A stretch of 64,000 bases of DNA from Leptospirales bacterium (GTDB lineage Bacteria > Spirochaetota > Leptospiria > Leptospirales > Leptospiraceae). The stretch's first letter is position 1; the number at the start of each line of letters is the position of its first letter. Below are positions 20,693-31,220 of the stretch, one piece after another. Location: assembly GCA_013297885.1 (NCBI GenBank), contig JAAFIR010000005.1:46507-110506 (forward strand), given 5' to 3'. The notes below the pieces were generated by a model. The model was not told the origin of the DNA, made no database searches, and was given only the letters and a program-made list of their open reading frames with translations. The position numbers were made by a program, and so were the translations under genes.

Positions 20693-21492
20693 TTTTTGAT
20701 GATTCTGATAAAAAAAACTTTGAAAAACCAATTGAACTCGATCTTGATTTAGTTGACCCAAATTCTGATTTAAATACAAATCTCAAAATAGGAAATTTAC
20801 TTTTTGGAAAATTAGGAGAAACAGAGGTTTTCGAGTTAATTAAAAATTCTGGTTTAATTCAAAAACTAAATGATAGGAATTTTTTTAACATTAATTTCTC
20901 TATAGAATACCTTTCTGATCTTGATAATCGAATTTTTTTAAAAACAAGAGAAGGAGAAATTTTAGTTCATATACGTTTAAAATTTGCAGATTTTTTTATA
21001 AAAAAAATTTCTGAAAATAGAAAAATGATTTATATTGATTGGTTACTTACTCAAAATGTATCTCTTAAAACTGAAAAATATAAAAAAAAGTTGTTTAAAG
21101 GGCAAGAATATCCAGGTTTAAATGTATTTAAAGAAATCACAATATTGATTTTTATGATACATAAAAAGCTTCAAAGTTATGGGGTTTTTAACATACCAGA
21201 ATACTTTCATGATGCAATACTATTTCAAAAAGAATTCAGATTCGTCGACTATGAAAAAGAGGCCTATTTTAAGAAATTACAAATTCAATTTAAAAATTTT
21301 ACTATTAGAGAACTAAGTAATTTAATACATGAAAGTAAAATTTTCTTTAAATCTAATGGGAAACAATTTTTATGGAATCATGGGGAAATGCTATCAAGTA
21401 TGAATGAATTTATTTATGAAAGTATTTTTGATGAAAATTATAAAAATCAATATAAAAAATTTTTTGAAACTGAATTTGAGATAAAGGAATAG
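20689..21492 (+). CDS. hypothetical protein (267 aa)
   Basis: Start overlaps the HDAC stop. No recognised motifs. Confidence 0.35.
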   Translation: MIFDDSDKKNFEKPIELDLDLVDPNSDLNTNLKIGNLLFGKLGETEVFELIKNSGLIQKLNDRNFFNINFSIEYLSDLDNRIFLKTREGEILVHIRLKFADFFIKKISENRKMIYIDWLLTQNVSLKTEKYKKKLFKGQEYPGLNVFKEITILIFMIHKKLQSYGVFNIPEYFHDAILFQKEFRFVDYEKEAYFKKLQIQFKNFTIRELSNLIHESKIFFKSNGKQFLWNHGEMLSSMNEFIYESIFDENYKNQYKKFFETEFEIKE

Positions 21493-22560
21493 ATGGAAAT
21501 TTTAATTATTGATGATTCAATAGAAGTTTGTGAATCCCTAAGTCTTTTAGTTGAAAGTTTTGATTACCAAGCAAAATATTTTACTTCAACAAAAGAAGGT
21601 TTAAGTTATTTCACTTCTGAATTAAATCCAATTTTATTTTTAGATATTCATTTGCCAGATTCGAAAGGTACAGAAATTTTACCTTATTTAAAAGAACTAT
21701 CACCTTTTACTCAAGTAATAATGATTACTGGTGAAACTGATATTTCAAATATAATTTCGAGTTTTAAAAATCATGCTTCAGATTTTTTATTTAAACCGTT
21801 TTCTATTGATTCTGTAAAAACCGCTATTTCAAGAGCAGATAAATATTATAAGATTCAAAAAGAAAATTTTATTTATCAAGAACAGATGGATTATAATATA
21901 AAATTTATTTCTAAAATACAAAAGAATATTTTATTTCCTAGAATTGATTCAGAAAAAATTTTTGCAGAATTTAATTCTAAAGGTCAAAACTCAGGAAATT
22001 TTTATTATTTTTATGAAAATGAAAATAATTTTTATTCAATTATAGGGAATATTGAAAATGAAGAAGCAACTTCTGCATTAGTAGCACTTTTATCTATTTC
22101 AATATTTAAAGAATGTATTTTTACTGGAAAAAAAATTTCAACAGTTCTTTCTGAGTTGAATAATCAAATTTATTACCAAATCAATTTACATTCGATTACT
22201 TGTTTCGCATACATATTTGATAAAAAAACTAAAAAGTTGTCCTATTCTTTAATTGGACTAGCTCCGCCTGTTTTAATCAAAAATAAAGAATTAATTTATT
22301 TAACTCAAAATCGAGAATCAATATTAGGTGTAATGCCAAATATCGATATTGTTGAAAATGAAATTTTAATTGAAGATAATTCAATACTTGCTGTTATAAA
22401 TTATCAAGCATTTAAAGAAGAAGAAATCAATTCTAAAATTTCAGATCTAACTAAAACCCAAAATTTTGATTTTGAAATATTAAAAAAAGAAGCAAAAGAT
22501 ATTCTTGATTCATGTAGTTTAAATGATGAAGATATTCTATTTTTTATTCAAAAACTCTAA
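21493..22560 (+). CDS. response regulator: receiver domain + catalytically degenerate SpoIIE/PP2C-like domain
   Basis: REC domain with Asp in FLDIHLPD. The C-terminal domain aligns to PP2C motifs but carries GNFYYF for GGDfYD, GNIENEE for GDVSGKG, and DNSILAVINY for GDxlllYTDG. All catalytic Asp positions are substituted. Confidence 0.65.
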   Translation: MEILIIDDSIEVCESLSLLVESFDYQAKYFTSTKEGLSYFTSELNPILFLDIHLPDSKGTEILPYLKELSPFTQVIMITGETDISNIISSFKNHASDFLFKPFSIDSVKTAISRADKYYKIQKENFIYQEQMDYNIKFISKIQKNILFPRIDSEKIFAEFNSKGQNSGNFYYFYENENNFYSIIGNIENEEATSALVALLSISIFKECIFTGKKISTVLSELNNQIYYQINLHSITCFAYIFDKKTKKLSYSLIGLAPPVLIKNKELIYLTQNRESILGVMPNIDIVENEILIEDNSILAVINYQAFKEEEINSKISDLTKTQNFDFEILKKEAKDILDSCSLNDEDILFFIQKL

Positions 22561-24084
22561 ATAATTTAAATGAAACTTAGTTAATCTTTTATAAAAATCT
22601 TTTTGCCAAACTTTATCAAATTTATATTCACGTCTTATAAGTTCGTCATGAAAAGAATCATTTTCTTTAATCAAACTATTAGTTTTATCAATACTCTGAA
22701 TTTTTTGCTTAGATTCGTAAAGAAAATAAATCGTTTTTAAATAAAATTTTTTATGCTCTGGTTTAACATTTGAAAAATCTATTTTTTCTGTCTTAATAAA
22801 TTCATTCAAATGTAGAATAGAAGAATCCAATTTTTCTAATTCAGAAATATTAATTTTTGAATTATAATATGTATTAAGAGAAAATAAAATTATAACAAAC
22901 ACAAAAAAAGAATTAAAATCCAATTCTAATTTTTCGTAAATAAAAATAGCTAAAAATAATATTGGAGTCCAAAAAAAAGCAAGTAAATCCCAATCAGCTG
23001 GAAAACCAAGTTGAGGATAGTGAAAAAATCCATGAATCAAAAATCCTAATAATATAAAAAGTAAAAATTGAATTTTTTTATCATAAATCAATTTTTTAAT
23101 TTCTTCAAAATGAAAAATTATAGAATAAATAAAAATTATAAATCCTAAAAAACTAGAACCAATAATTGTAAAAAAAATATTCTTAAAATGTTCAATGGAT
23201 AAAATATCTTTTATTGGATAAAATTTGGGATTTGTAAGGTGAGTTTGTAAAAAATCAAACCTTACGGATGAAAAAAACATAAAGTAAAAAATAATAGGTA
23301 AAATAATTATTGAACATAGTAGAAATGAATAAATTGAATTTTTTAGAAAAGTTTTTTTGTCTGATAATACATAACATAAATAAATTAATGAAAAAATTAA
23401 ATAACCTGAAACCAAATGAGTTAAAATCATTAAAGAAGCTAAAATACAAATTTTATTTAGGTAATTAAAACCTTTTTTTTCTTGATCTAAAATGTTGATT
23501 GAATAAAAAATATAATTCCAAATTAAAAAAGTAATTATAGAATAGTTTTCAGAGTACCCATAAAACAAACTAATTCCACCAGAAGTTAAGATTAAAATTG
23601 AAGTACTAAATTTAAAAAATCTTTTTTTAACAAACTGATAAATTTGAAATAATAAAATTCCTCCAAGTATAGTACTAAAAATTCTATAAATTAACATTGG
23701 ATTTGAAACTTCTAATTCATTTAAAAAAAATAACTTATAAAAAACTGAATGAAAAAAAGCTTCTAAAATTTCGTCTAAAGTTAAATGGTATCCGAAATAA
23801 AATGTTTCTAAATTAAAATAATTTAATAACAAAATACCATCTCCCATTTTTAAATTTTGAATGGGTAATAAGATCATAGACATAAAACTTAAGATAAATA
23901 AAAAACTTACTGGAAATTTAATACGAATTTTAAATTTAAATTTAAAAATTACAATTTCTAAAAAAAAACAAATTCCACATAAAAATCTAAAATTTTCTTT
24001 TGGAAAAAATATAAACCATGAACTTTCTAGATATGAAAAAAAAAATAAGATAATATAAATAAAAAGTTTAAAACCTAGTTTCAC
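22537..24084 (-). CDS. polytopic membrane protein (515 aa), possibly GT-C-type glycosyltransferase or ligase-like
   Basis: More than 10 predicted TM helices. No specific motif recognised. Confidence 0.35.
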   Translation of the reverse strand: MKLGFKLFIYIILFFFSYLESSWFIFFPKENFRFLCGICFFLEIVIFKFKFKIRIKFPVSFLFILSFMSMILLPIQNLKMGDGILLLNYFNLETFYFGYHLTLDEILEAFFHSVFYKLFFLNELEVSNPMLIYRIFSTILGGILLFQIYQFVKKRFFKFSTSILILTSGGISLFYGYSENYSIITFLIWNYIFYSINILDQEKKGFNYLNKICILASLMILTHLVSGYLIFSLIYLCYVLSDKKTFLKNSIYSFLLCSIIILPIIFYFMFFSSVRFDFLQTHLTNPKFYPIKDILSIEHFKNIFFTIIGSSFLGFIIFIYSIIFHFEEIKKLIYDKKIQFLLFILLGFLIHGFFHYPQLGFPADWDLLAFFWTPILFLAIFIYEKLELDFNSFFVFVIILFSLNTYYNSKINISELEKLDSSILHLNEFIKTEKIDFSNVKPEHKKFYLKTIYFLYESKQKIQSIDKTNSLIKENDSFHDELIRREYKFDKVWQKDFYKRLTKFHLNYLEFLNKK

Positions 24085-24371
24085 TTTTCGTCCTTTCTAG
24101 GTAAAGAGCTTTTATCTACACATCTATTTTTCCTCAAATATTCTATTAGACAATAATTACGACCATAATCTTGAACAGTTCCAGCTCTCCATTCTGGTCT
24201 ATTCATATAGTTAGGAGTAATATTTAAACTAGCAATACATAAAGTGAAATAATAATTTGCTCTTTTTTCACAATATTCTTTTTGTGTTATGATTCCACTA
24301 CAGTTGAATAAAAATAATAAAAAATAAAGAATTTTTTTCATTATCTTCATCTTCATAGAAACTATTTTCAT
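24081..24371 (-). CDS. small Cys-rich putative lipoprotein (96 aa)
   Basis: Signal peptide with lipobox LFNC; 6 Cys. Overlaps the downstream membrane-protein gene by 4 bp. Confidence 0.35.
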   Translation of the reverse strand: MKIVSMKMKIMKKILYFLLFLFNCSGIITQKEYCEKRANYYFTLCIASLNITPNYMNRPEWRAGTVQDYGRNYCLIEYLRKNRCVDKSSLPRKDEK

Positions 24372-24421
24372 GTAACTAAAAAATTAATAGTAATGTTTAA
24401 AATAAAAAAAAAATTGTAATT

Positions 24422-25393
24422 ATGATTAGAAGACCAAGAAGAAATCGTAAATCCGATTCAATAAGAGATGCTATTTCTGAAACTAAAATTCATATTGAGG
24501 AATTAATTCATCCAATTTTTTTGACTGATGGAAAAAATATAAAATCAGAAATTAAATCAATGCCTGATTATTTTAGATTAAGTTTAGACTTTGTATTAAA
24601 AGAAATTGAAGAATGTTTAAAGTTAGGTCTAACTCATTTTATACTTTTTCCAGAAATTGAAGAATCAAAAAAAGATATACTAGCTAGTTATTCTTACAAT
24701 CAAAATAATTTTTATTTAAAAGCAATTAAAGATATAAAAACAAAATTCCCTGAAACTGTTTTGATTACTGATGTTGCAATGGATCCGTATAGTTCAGATG
24801 GTCATGATGGAATTTATGAAAACGGAAAAATTTTAAATGATGAAACTTTAGGAATTTTAGGAAAAATGTCTTTAGCTCAAGCTGAAGCTGGAGCTGATAT
24901 TCTTGGGCCATCTGATATGATGGACGGAAGAGTTTTATATTTGAGAGAAATTTTAGATAAAAATAATTTTAAAGACACAAGTATCATGTCCTATTCAGTA
25001 AAATACGCAAGTTCATTTTATGGACCATTTAGAGATGCACTAAATTCAGCACCAAAGTTTGGGAATAAAAAAACTTATCAAATGAATCCAGGCAATTCTA
25101 AAGAAGCTATTTTAGAAGCAAAAATAGATTTTGATGAAGGAGCAGATTATTTAATGGTAAAACCAGCACTTCATTATTTAGATATAATTTACCAATTGAA
25201 AAATAATTTTCAAATTCCAATTGTTTGTTATCATGTTAGTGGTGAATATGCTATGTTAAAGTTTGCTATAAAAAATAATGCAATTGACGAGAAAAAAGCA
25301 GTTGAAGAAACTCTTGTTTGTATGAAAAGAGCTGGTGCAGATTTAATTATTTCTTATTATTCAAAATTTTATGCTGAGAATTTTATCAAATGA
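24422..25393 (+). CDS. hemB: porphobilinogen synthase (delta-aminolevulinic acid dehydratase)
   Basis: N-terminal MIRRPRRNRKSDSIRD, active-site Lys regions and ALAD-typical length (323 aa). Confidence 0.93.
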   Translation: MIRRPRRNRKSDSIRDAISETKIHIEELIHPIFLTDGKNIKSEIKSMPDYFRLSLDFVLKEIEECLKLGLTHFILFPEIEESKKDILASYSYNQNNFYLKAIKDIKTKFPETVLITDVAMDPYSSDGHDGIYENGKILNDETLGILGKMSLAQAEAGADILGPSDMMDGRVLYLREILDKNNFKDTSIMSYSVKYASSFYGPFRDALNSAPKFGNKKTYQMNPGNSKEAILEAKIDFDEGADYLMVKPALHYLDIIYQLKNNFQIPIVCYHVSGEYAMLKFAIKNNAIDEKKAVEETLVCMKRAGADLIISYYSKFYAENFIK

Positions 25394-26028
25394 ATTTTCC
25401 TCCACCTTGGAACTTAAATGGGGAAGGTATAATTTTACCATTTTATGCAAATAAAGAATATTTTTTAAATTCTAGTTATTTAAGTGATGAAGATAAAAAA
25501 ATTTATAAAGGTGGAATTGGAAGTGTTATGTTAGTGAATTATTATACTTCAAATGTTGGACCTTATTATGAATTATTATTAATACCTGGTGATTTTCAAT
25601 TTAAAAATAAAATTTATAAACGAATTACAAAAATTTTTGTATCTAGTGAATTGTCCATTAAAGAAGGAATTAAAAATTGGGCAATTCCAAAAGAGTTAGC
25701 AAGTTTCGATTGGAAAAAAGAAAATTCAAAAAATATTATTGAAGTAAAAACAAATGAAATTTTTTTTAAAATTAATTTTGAAGAAATATTATTTTCCTTT
25801 CCTCTAAATACTTCAATATATCCAACTTATCTTCTTCAACCTATCGAAAATTACTTTTTAGAAACAGAGTTTACTGGAAAGGGCAAAGGCAAATTAGTAA
25901 AAATTTTAAATCTTGAATCAGATGAAAATATATTTCCTAATATTTCAAATTGTAGCCATTTATATTTTGGGATTTCAGTAAATCAATTCTTAATTCAATT
26001 TCCAATACCAAATAAATTATATGTTTAG
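25390..26028 (+). CDS. hypothetical protein (212 aa)
   Basis: Start overlaps the hemB stop (ATGA). No motif recognised. Confidence 0.35.
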   Translation: MNFPPPWNLNGEGIILPFYANKEYFLNSSYLSDEDKKIYKGGIGSVMLVNYYTSNVGPYYELLLIPGDFQFKNKIYKRITKIFVSSELSIKEGIKNWAIPKELASFDWKKENSKNIIEVKTNEIFFKINFEEILFSFPLNTSIYPTYLLQPIENYFLETEFTGKGKGKLVKILNLESDENIFPNISNCSHLYFGISVNQFLIQFPIPNKLYV

Positions 26029-27439
26029 TTTTAATTTTAATAATTTTGAAAATTTATTTATTGAAATTAAAGATTTTGAAATAGTAAGTTTATCAAAACC
26101 AAAAGAGAATTTTTTTAAAGTAGATTTAGAAGAATTAAAAAAAAATTTACATTTATTAGAATTTGAAATTCCATTTGAAAAATATAAATTTTTAATTGAA
26201 GAAATTTTATCTAAAAAAGAAATTATTAAATTAGAAACAAAAATTCTTCATTCAAATCAGAACTTAAAAATTGAATTAAAAAGAGTAGAACTTAAATATT
26301 TTGGATATTTTCAACTTATCGATAGTCAAATAAATCAACTTTCATATTTAAGTCATGAAATTAGAGTTCCAATTCAAAGTATAATTGGAAGTATTAGTTT
26401 ATTAAAATCTGATTCAGAATTTAACCAAGAGCAAAAAGAAATTATTCATTCTTTGAAAAACTCTTCTAATCATTTGTTAAGTTTATTAAATGATATCTTA
26501 GATTATTCAAAAATCGAATCTGGAAAATTTGAATTACAAAAAATTGATTTTTATTTAAAAGATTTGATTCAAGTTTTAAATCAAAATTTTAAATTTTTAG
26601 CAGAACAAAAAAATATTTTTTTTCTTGTCAATTTATCTTCAGGGTTAGAACATTTAGTTTTTTTTGATAAACAAAGATTAACTCAGATACTTATGAATTT
26701 AATAAATAATTCGATTAAATTCACTGATATAGGTTTTGTAAAAGTTGAAATTAAATTAATTAGTAAAACAACAGAATTTAGTAAAGTTTTATTTTCTGTT
26801 AAAGATTCTGGTATAGGAATTCCAAATGATCAATTAGAACAAATCTTTGAATCTTATTCCCAAGCAAAAAAAACAACAAAAAATACCAATAATGGAACTG
26901 GGCTTGGTTTAAGTATAGTAAGAAAAATTTTAAAACTTATGGATTCAAAAATACAAGTTGAATCTGAAGTTGATTTAGGAAGTAATTTTTATTTTGAATT
27001 AAATATTCCGAATAGTATAAAAAGTTTTTTAAAAGAAATAAATGAAATCTCAGTAGGTAAAGATTTCAGAAGAAAAAAGGTTCTTTTAGTTGAGGATAAT
27101 ATCCAAAATCAAATAATTGCAAAAAAACTTTTAGCAAAATTAAATTTAGAAATTGAAATTGCAGAGAATGGCAAAGTTGCAATAGCTAAAGTAAAAGAAA
27201 AAAAATTTGATTTAATTTTAATGGATATTCAACTTCCTATTTTAGATGGTTTTGAAGCTACAATTGAAATTCGTAAATTGGAATCTGAAATTTTAAATCC
27301 AACTCCAATTATTGCTCTCACTGCAACAGTTTTAGAAGATACAAGAACTAAAGTTCTTACAACTGGAATGAACGATTATCTTCCAAAACCGTTTAGTTTT
27401 GAAAAATTAGCAGAAAAAATTTCTAATTTTTTACCTTAA
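26021..27439 (+). CDS. hybrid sensor histidine kinase (HisKA-HATPase_c-REC), cytoplasmic
   Basis: H-box LSHEIRVPIQSIIGSISLL, N-box NLINNSIKFT, G-boxes DSGIGIP and GTGLGLSIV. C-terminal receiver with LMDIQLPILDGF. Confidence 0.85.
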   Translation: MFSFNFNNFENLFIEIKDFEIVSLSKPKENFFKVDLEELKKNLHLLEFEIPFEKYKFLIEEILSKKEIIKLETKILHSNQNLKIELKRVELKYFGYFQLIDSQINQLSYLSHEIRVPIQSIIGSISLLKSDSEFNQEQKEIIHSLKNSSNHLLSLLNDILDYSKIESGKFELQKIDFYLKDLIQVLNQNFKFLAEQKNIFFLVNLSSGLEHLVFFDKQRLTQILMNLINNSIKFTDIGFVKVEIKLISKTTEFSKVLFSVKDSGIGIPNDQLEQIFESYSQAKKTTKNTNNGTGLGLSIVRKILKLMDSKIQVESEVDLGSNFYFELNIPNSIKSFLKEINEISVGKDFRRKKVLLVEDNIQNQIIAKKLLAKLNLEIEIAENGKVAIAKVKEKKFDLILMDIQLPILDGFEATIEIRKLESEILNPTPIIALTATVLEDTRTKVLTTGMNDYLPKPFSFEKLAEKISNFLP

Positions 27440-27501
27440 AAATTCTTTTAGAATCAAATCTAATTTTATTTTTGGTTACTAGTAATCTTTAAGGAATTAA
27501 A

Positions 27502-28809
27502 ATGAAAGTTTGTGTTATTGGAAGTGGTTATGTCGGTTTAGTTGCAGGGGCTTGTTTTGCCGAATTTGGTAGCCAAATAATTTGTGTTGATATAGATGAA
27601 AACAAAATTGAGAATTTAAAAAAAGGAATCATCCCTATTTTTGAACCTGGACTATCTGACCTAGTAAAAAACAATGTTAAAAAAAATAGACTTCATTTTA
27701 CAACTTCACTTAAAGAAGGTGTTGAAAAATCAGACATCATATTTATTGCAGTTGGAACACCTACTGGGGCAGAAGGTGAAGCTGATCTTTCGATGGTGCT
27801 TTCTGTGGCTAAAGAAATTGGAAAATCAATGAATGGTTATAAAGTGATTGTTGATAAATCAACCGTACCTGTTGGTACAGCAGATAAAGTTAGAGAAGTA
27901 ATTTCACTTGAAACAAAACTTGAATTTGATGTAGTTTCTAATCCCGAGTTTTTAAAAGAAGGAACTGCTCTTGATGATTTTATGAAACCAGAAAGAGTTG
28001 TTGTTGGAGCTGATTCTGAAAAAGCAGGAAATATGATGAAAGAATTGTATTCACCTTTTGTTTTAAATGGAAACCCAATTATTATGATGAGTACCAAATC
28101 AGCTGAAATCACTAAATATGCTTGTAATTGTTTTTTAGCTACAAAGATTTCGTTTGCAAATGAAATTGCAAATTTATGTGACACAGTTGGTGCAAATTAT
28201 GAAGATGTAAGAAATGGAATGGGAACAGATTCTCGCATAGGTAAAAAATTTTTATATGCTGGAATTGGTTATGGTGGTTCTTGTTTTCCAAAAGATGTTA
28301 GAGCATTGATCAAAACTGCAAAAGATGTTGGTTCAAGAATTCGAATCATTGAAATTGTTGAAGCAGTTAATGAAGCTCAAAAAACAAAAATGCTTTCCAA
28401 GATTGAAAAACATTATAAAAACCAATCACTTAAAGGAAAAACATTCGCAATATGGGGACTCGCATTTAAACCAGGAACAGACGACATGCGTGAAGCTCCT
28501 TCTATTCCTATAATTAATGAATTATATAAGGAAGGTGCTGTTTTAAAAGTTTACGATCCTGAAGCTCATAACACTTCTGAAATATATTTTAAGGGTAAAG
28601 TTGAATACAAAGATGATGCTGAATCTTGTTTACAAAGTGCAGATGCTCTTTTACTTTTAACTGAATGGCCTGAATTTAGAGAACCTGATTTTGATAAAAT
28701 AAAAAAAGAATTAAATTCTCCTGTTATCTTTGATGGAAGAAATTTATACAAAAAATCTTTAATGAAAAAATTTGGATTTACTCATTATGGAATTGGATTG
28801 GGTAATTAA
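27502..28809 (+). CDS. ugd: UDP-glucose 6-dehydrogenase
   Basis: N-terminal GSGYVGL NAD fold, catalytic GGSCFPKD. 435 aa. Confidence 0.9.
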   Translation: MKVCVIGSGYVGLVAGACFAEFGSQIICVDIDENKIENLKKGIIPIFEPGLSDLVKNNVKKNRLHFTTSLKEGVEKSDIIFIAVGTPTGAEGEADLSMVLSVAKEIGKSMNGYKVIVDKSTVPVGTADKVREVISLETKLEFDVVSNPEFLKEGTALDDFMKPERVVVGADSEKAGNMMKELYSPFVLNGNPIIMMSTKSAEITKYACNCFLATKISFANEIANLCDTVGANYEDVRNGMGTDSRIGKKFLYAGIGYGGSCFPKDVRALIKTAKDVGSRIRIIEIVEAVNEAQKTKMLSKIEKHYKNQSLKGKTFAIWGLAFKPGTDDMREAPSIPIINELYKEGAVLKVYDPEAHNTSEIYFKGKVEYKDDAESCLQSADALLLLTEWPEFREPDFDKIKKELNSPVIFDGRNLYKKSLMKKFGFTHYGIGLGN

Positions 28810-29482
28810 ATTTTAGTGCGAATTTTTTTTCACATAATTCTATTTATACCACAAATTTAAAAAGTATAAGTGAAAAAAAACTTGGCTATCAATTCTTTCT
28901 AGCCACTCTCAGAACTTTATATAAATAGTTTTATAAGTAAGTTAAATTCCCTCTCTATTCTCCTATAATATGTAGAGGGGAATCATTTTTAAAACTTAAC
29001 TCTTTTTTTTGAAAATCAATGTAGCTATTAATCATAAATGTATAGACCTTGAATTTAAATTTGTTTAGTATTGAGCAATTGGTGAAGTTGAGTTGCTAAC
29101 AAAGGGTTTACTATAACTATCATATTCGCTTATTTTATAAGATGAAATTTAAATAAAATGATATTTAATGGTGTATGACAAATTTTTTAATTTGGATAAT
29201 TTATTTTAGAAATTTACTATTTCCTATTTCTTAGAAAATACTGAGTTTTTTAAAATTGAATTTTTTTTGTAAAAGGTGGATTTAAAGTTCAGAAATTTAC
29301 TTTAAATTACAAAAAAGCGAACTTAAAAGGAACTCCTTTGGTTTTGGGGTTCCAAAAGTTTCCCTAATCAAACAAATTAGTAAAAACTAAAAAGTTAAAA
29401 TTATAAAATAAATTGTTGTTAAATAAAAAGTTTTCAGTTTAGGATTAATTTCCACAAAACTAGCGAAAACGATCAACTCGGG

Positions 29483-29542
29483 GTCAAAAAATTTTATAGC
29501 TTAGCTATATGCTTCAAAGAAGCAGAGGGGAAATTTTTTGAC
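29483..29542. repeat. 12-bp TIR element copy 2 (GTCAAAAAATTT...AAATTTTTTGAC, 36-bp spacer with internal near-palindrome tatagcttagctata)
   Basis: Arms at 29483-29494 and 29531-29542 are identical to the arms at 4-56 and 43716-43745. Confidence 0.55.
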
Positions 29543-29605
29543 CAAAGAGGCGAGCGTGTTTTTTTTGTTCTGCAAAAAAATTCGCTAAAAAAATATTCTA
29601 AAAAC

Positions 29606-30745
29606 TCAATTTAAACTTGGATTGTATTTTTTTAAATTTCTATCTAAATCTTTTTCAAAGTTTAAAATATCTATTGGAGTAAAATCTACAAATTTTAATT
29701 TAATAACTTTTTTTTCAAACTTAAGAACATCTTGTAGATAATCTATAGCTTCAGAAAAATCTTTTGGACCAGATTTTATTTTTTCAAATAATTCTTCTGT
29801 TTCTTTATTTAAAATTAAAATTCCCATATTGTGCCCATTCGTTTCAAAAATATTAAATTGAAATTTAGTAGAAATAATTTCTGCAACTTGAATTCTGTTT
29901 AGATCTTTTCTTTGAGATGATTTAATTCCAAATAATGTTAGAGTTGATGAATCAATGATTAGTTCAAATTCTTTAAAATCAAAATAGGATTTAAAAACAA
30001 AAAAACCAATCACAGTCGCAAAAATTAAAAATATAACAGTGGCAATATATCCACCAATTGAATTAAATTCTATTCCAATTATAAAGATATTATAAAAAGC
30101 TGATAAAAATCCTAAAATCCCTAACAATGTAAAAACTTTTTGAAATAATGGAATATGACCTTTCCAGTATATTTTAGTTTGAAAAGAATCTTCAGTTACT
30201 CTGTGTTTAATTTTTAACTTAGAGTCATCTTGAAAAATTTCTTTATTTTCAAATTTTACTTTTGATTTCAAATTTTCAGCAAAATTTTTTGCCTCATCTT
30301 CTTTTGAGAAAAAAGTTAGATCCCAAAAAGCTCGATCTTTTTTTAAAACATATACAACATAATAAGTTTTTCTTGAATTTTTTCCACTTTGAATATGAAC
30401 TCTTGTTTTAAATTCTACAAGTTCATTAAACGGTATAAATCCTTGTTCTCCATTTTTTTGTTTAATAAAAAATTTTTGGTTAAAAGTATCAAAACTAAAA
30501 GAAAAAATTTCATATCTTTCGTTCCATTTCAAACTCATTAATCCCATAAATAAAAACAACCCAAGTCCAAAACCTATTACTAAAAATGATAAACCGTTAA
30601 ATAAATTTCCACTATCACCAATTAGGATTAAGCCAAATAATCCTACAATACAAAATATTAAAATAAAAATCCATAAGATAATTCTTATTATTATTCTGCT
30701 AAAACCTAAAAGTTGTGGATTTTTAATTTCAATAACTTCTTTCAT
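29606..30745 (-). CDS. hypothetical membrane protein (379 aa) isolated within about 2.6 kb of otherwise non-coding DNA
   Basis: Two clusters of TM helices. No motif recognised. Flanked by intergenic regions of 796 bp and 703 bp. Confidence 0.4.
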   Translation of the reverse strand: MKEVIEIKNPQLLGFSRIIIRIILWIFILIFCIVGLFGLILIGDSGNLFNGLSFLVIGFGLGLFLFMGLMSLKWNERYEIFSFSFDTFNQKFFIKQKNGEQGFIPFNELVEFKTRVHIQSGKNSRKTYYVVYVLKKDRAFWDLTFFSKEDEAKNFAENLKSKVKFENKEIFQDDSKLKIKHRVTEDSFQTKIYWKGHIPLFQKVFTLLGILGFLSAFYNIFIIGIEFNSIGGYIATVIFLIFATVIGFFVFKSYFDFKEFELIIDSSTLTLFGIKSSQRKDLNRIQVAEIISTKFQFNIFETNGHNMGILILNKETEELFEKIKSGPKDFSEAIDYLQDVLKFEKKVIKLKFVDFTPIDILNFEKDLDRNLKKYNPSLN

Positions 30746-31150
30746 TTTTTCCCCTACGATGCTTCCATATAAGACTTGAATAAAGATGATTAAATTTTCA
30801 AGTTAAATTCTTAATAAATGAATATTCTAATCCAGATGAGATTTTGTAAATTTTAATAATAATAGAGTGTTTTTTGCTGTTAAGATTGGATATAAAAAAA
30901 GTTATATAGTACTTCTTATTTTAATAATTAATTTTATTTACAATAGGAAATAATTTATGTAATTTAAAAGTTAGACTTTATTTTAAATTCTTGACAGTAA
31001 GATTTTAAAAATTGAACTTTATTTCGTAGGCTTAAGTGAATTTATTTTTAACGTGTTGGTTCAAAAGCCAACCCAGTGCAGAGATGTATTCTAAAAATAA
31101 AAGAAGGTTTGCACCAGGATAAAAGATATATGTTCGATTCATATAAAGTC

Positions 31151-31220
31151 GCAAGATTTTTAGCTTAATTGGTAGAGCATTTATCCCAAAAAATAGGTTC
31201 GATTCCTGTCGTTTCTTTCG
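31151..31220 (+). pseudogene. tRNA-like fragment (D-arm and T-arm intact, anticodon arm missing)
   Basis: D-arm GCTT-AATTGGTA-GAGC and T-arm ATAGG-TTCGATT-CCTGT are present, but only 14 nt separate them and the acceptor ends do not pair. Confidence 0.3.
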
